From assembly GCF_009914755.1 (NCBI RefSeq), contig NC_060945.1: a DNA stretch of 64,000 bases; one strand, 5' to 3'. Made by a program: the position numbers and the translations under genes. Numbering within the stretch: position 1 is the first letter of the stretch; each line of letters opens with the position of its first letter. Positions 63,884 through 64,000 of the stretch are shown piece after piece. Origin of the DNA: the human T2T-CHM13v2.0 reference genome, Homo sapiens. A model generated the notes under the pieces. That model had not been told where the DNA came from. It saw only the letters and a program-made list of their open reading frames with translations, and did no database searches.

Positions 63884-64000
63884 CTGAGCAGGGAGAAGGA
63901 GGACCACAGGTCTCAAATGCTGAGGTTTCTGCACGGAAAACCCGACTGCTCACAAGTCTCAGCGCGTGGCCCGACTCTAGGCACTTAACAATGGTTCCTA

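Overview
Human (hominid) genomic DNA, recognisably the chr21q22.3 ADARB1-LINC00334-POFUT2 interval. Bases 1-~4590 are the long 3' UTR of ADARB1 (ADAR2, + strand). It holds a ~32-copy 42-bp G-rich VNTR, the short alternative terminal exon encoding Val-His-stop, and three poly(A) signals. A repeat-dense ~37-kb interval follows (Alu, L1, hAT DNA transposons, MaLR, an env-less ERV1 provirus, a U2 pseudogene, several minisatellites), with an ETS/YY1-rich promoter at ~12.3 kb that is probably LINC00334. Bases ~41960-64000 hold POFUT2 exons 9 to 2 on the - strand, all with GT-AG boundaries read from the sequence; exon 1 lies beyond the window. A full-length SVA fills most of intron 7 and a 5.5-kb L1 fills most of intron 6. 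No novel protein-coding system is evident, and the long ORFs in the track are repeat artefacts. The least explained structures are a perfect 95-bp inverted duplication downstream of ADARB1, a stop-free 75-nt candidate cassette exon in the ADARB1 3' UTR, and strong antisense splice acceptors inside the POFUT2 3' UTR. Gene and repeat subfamily names are from recognition, not database searches.
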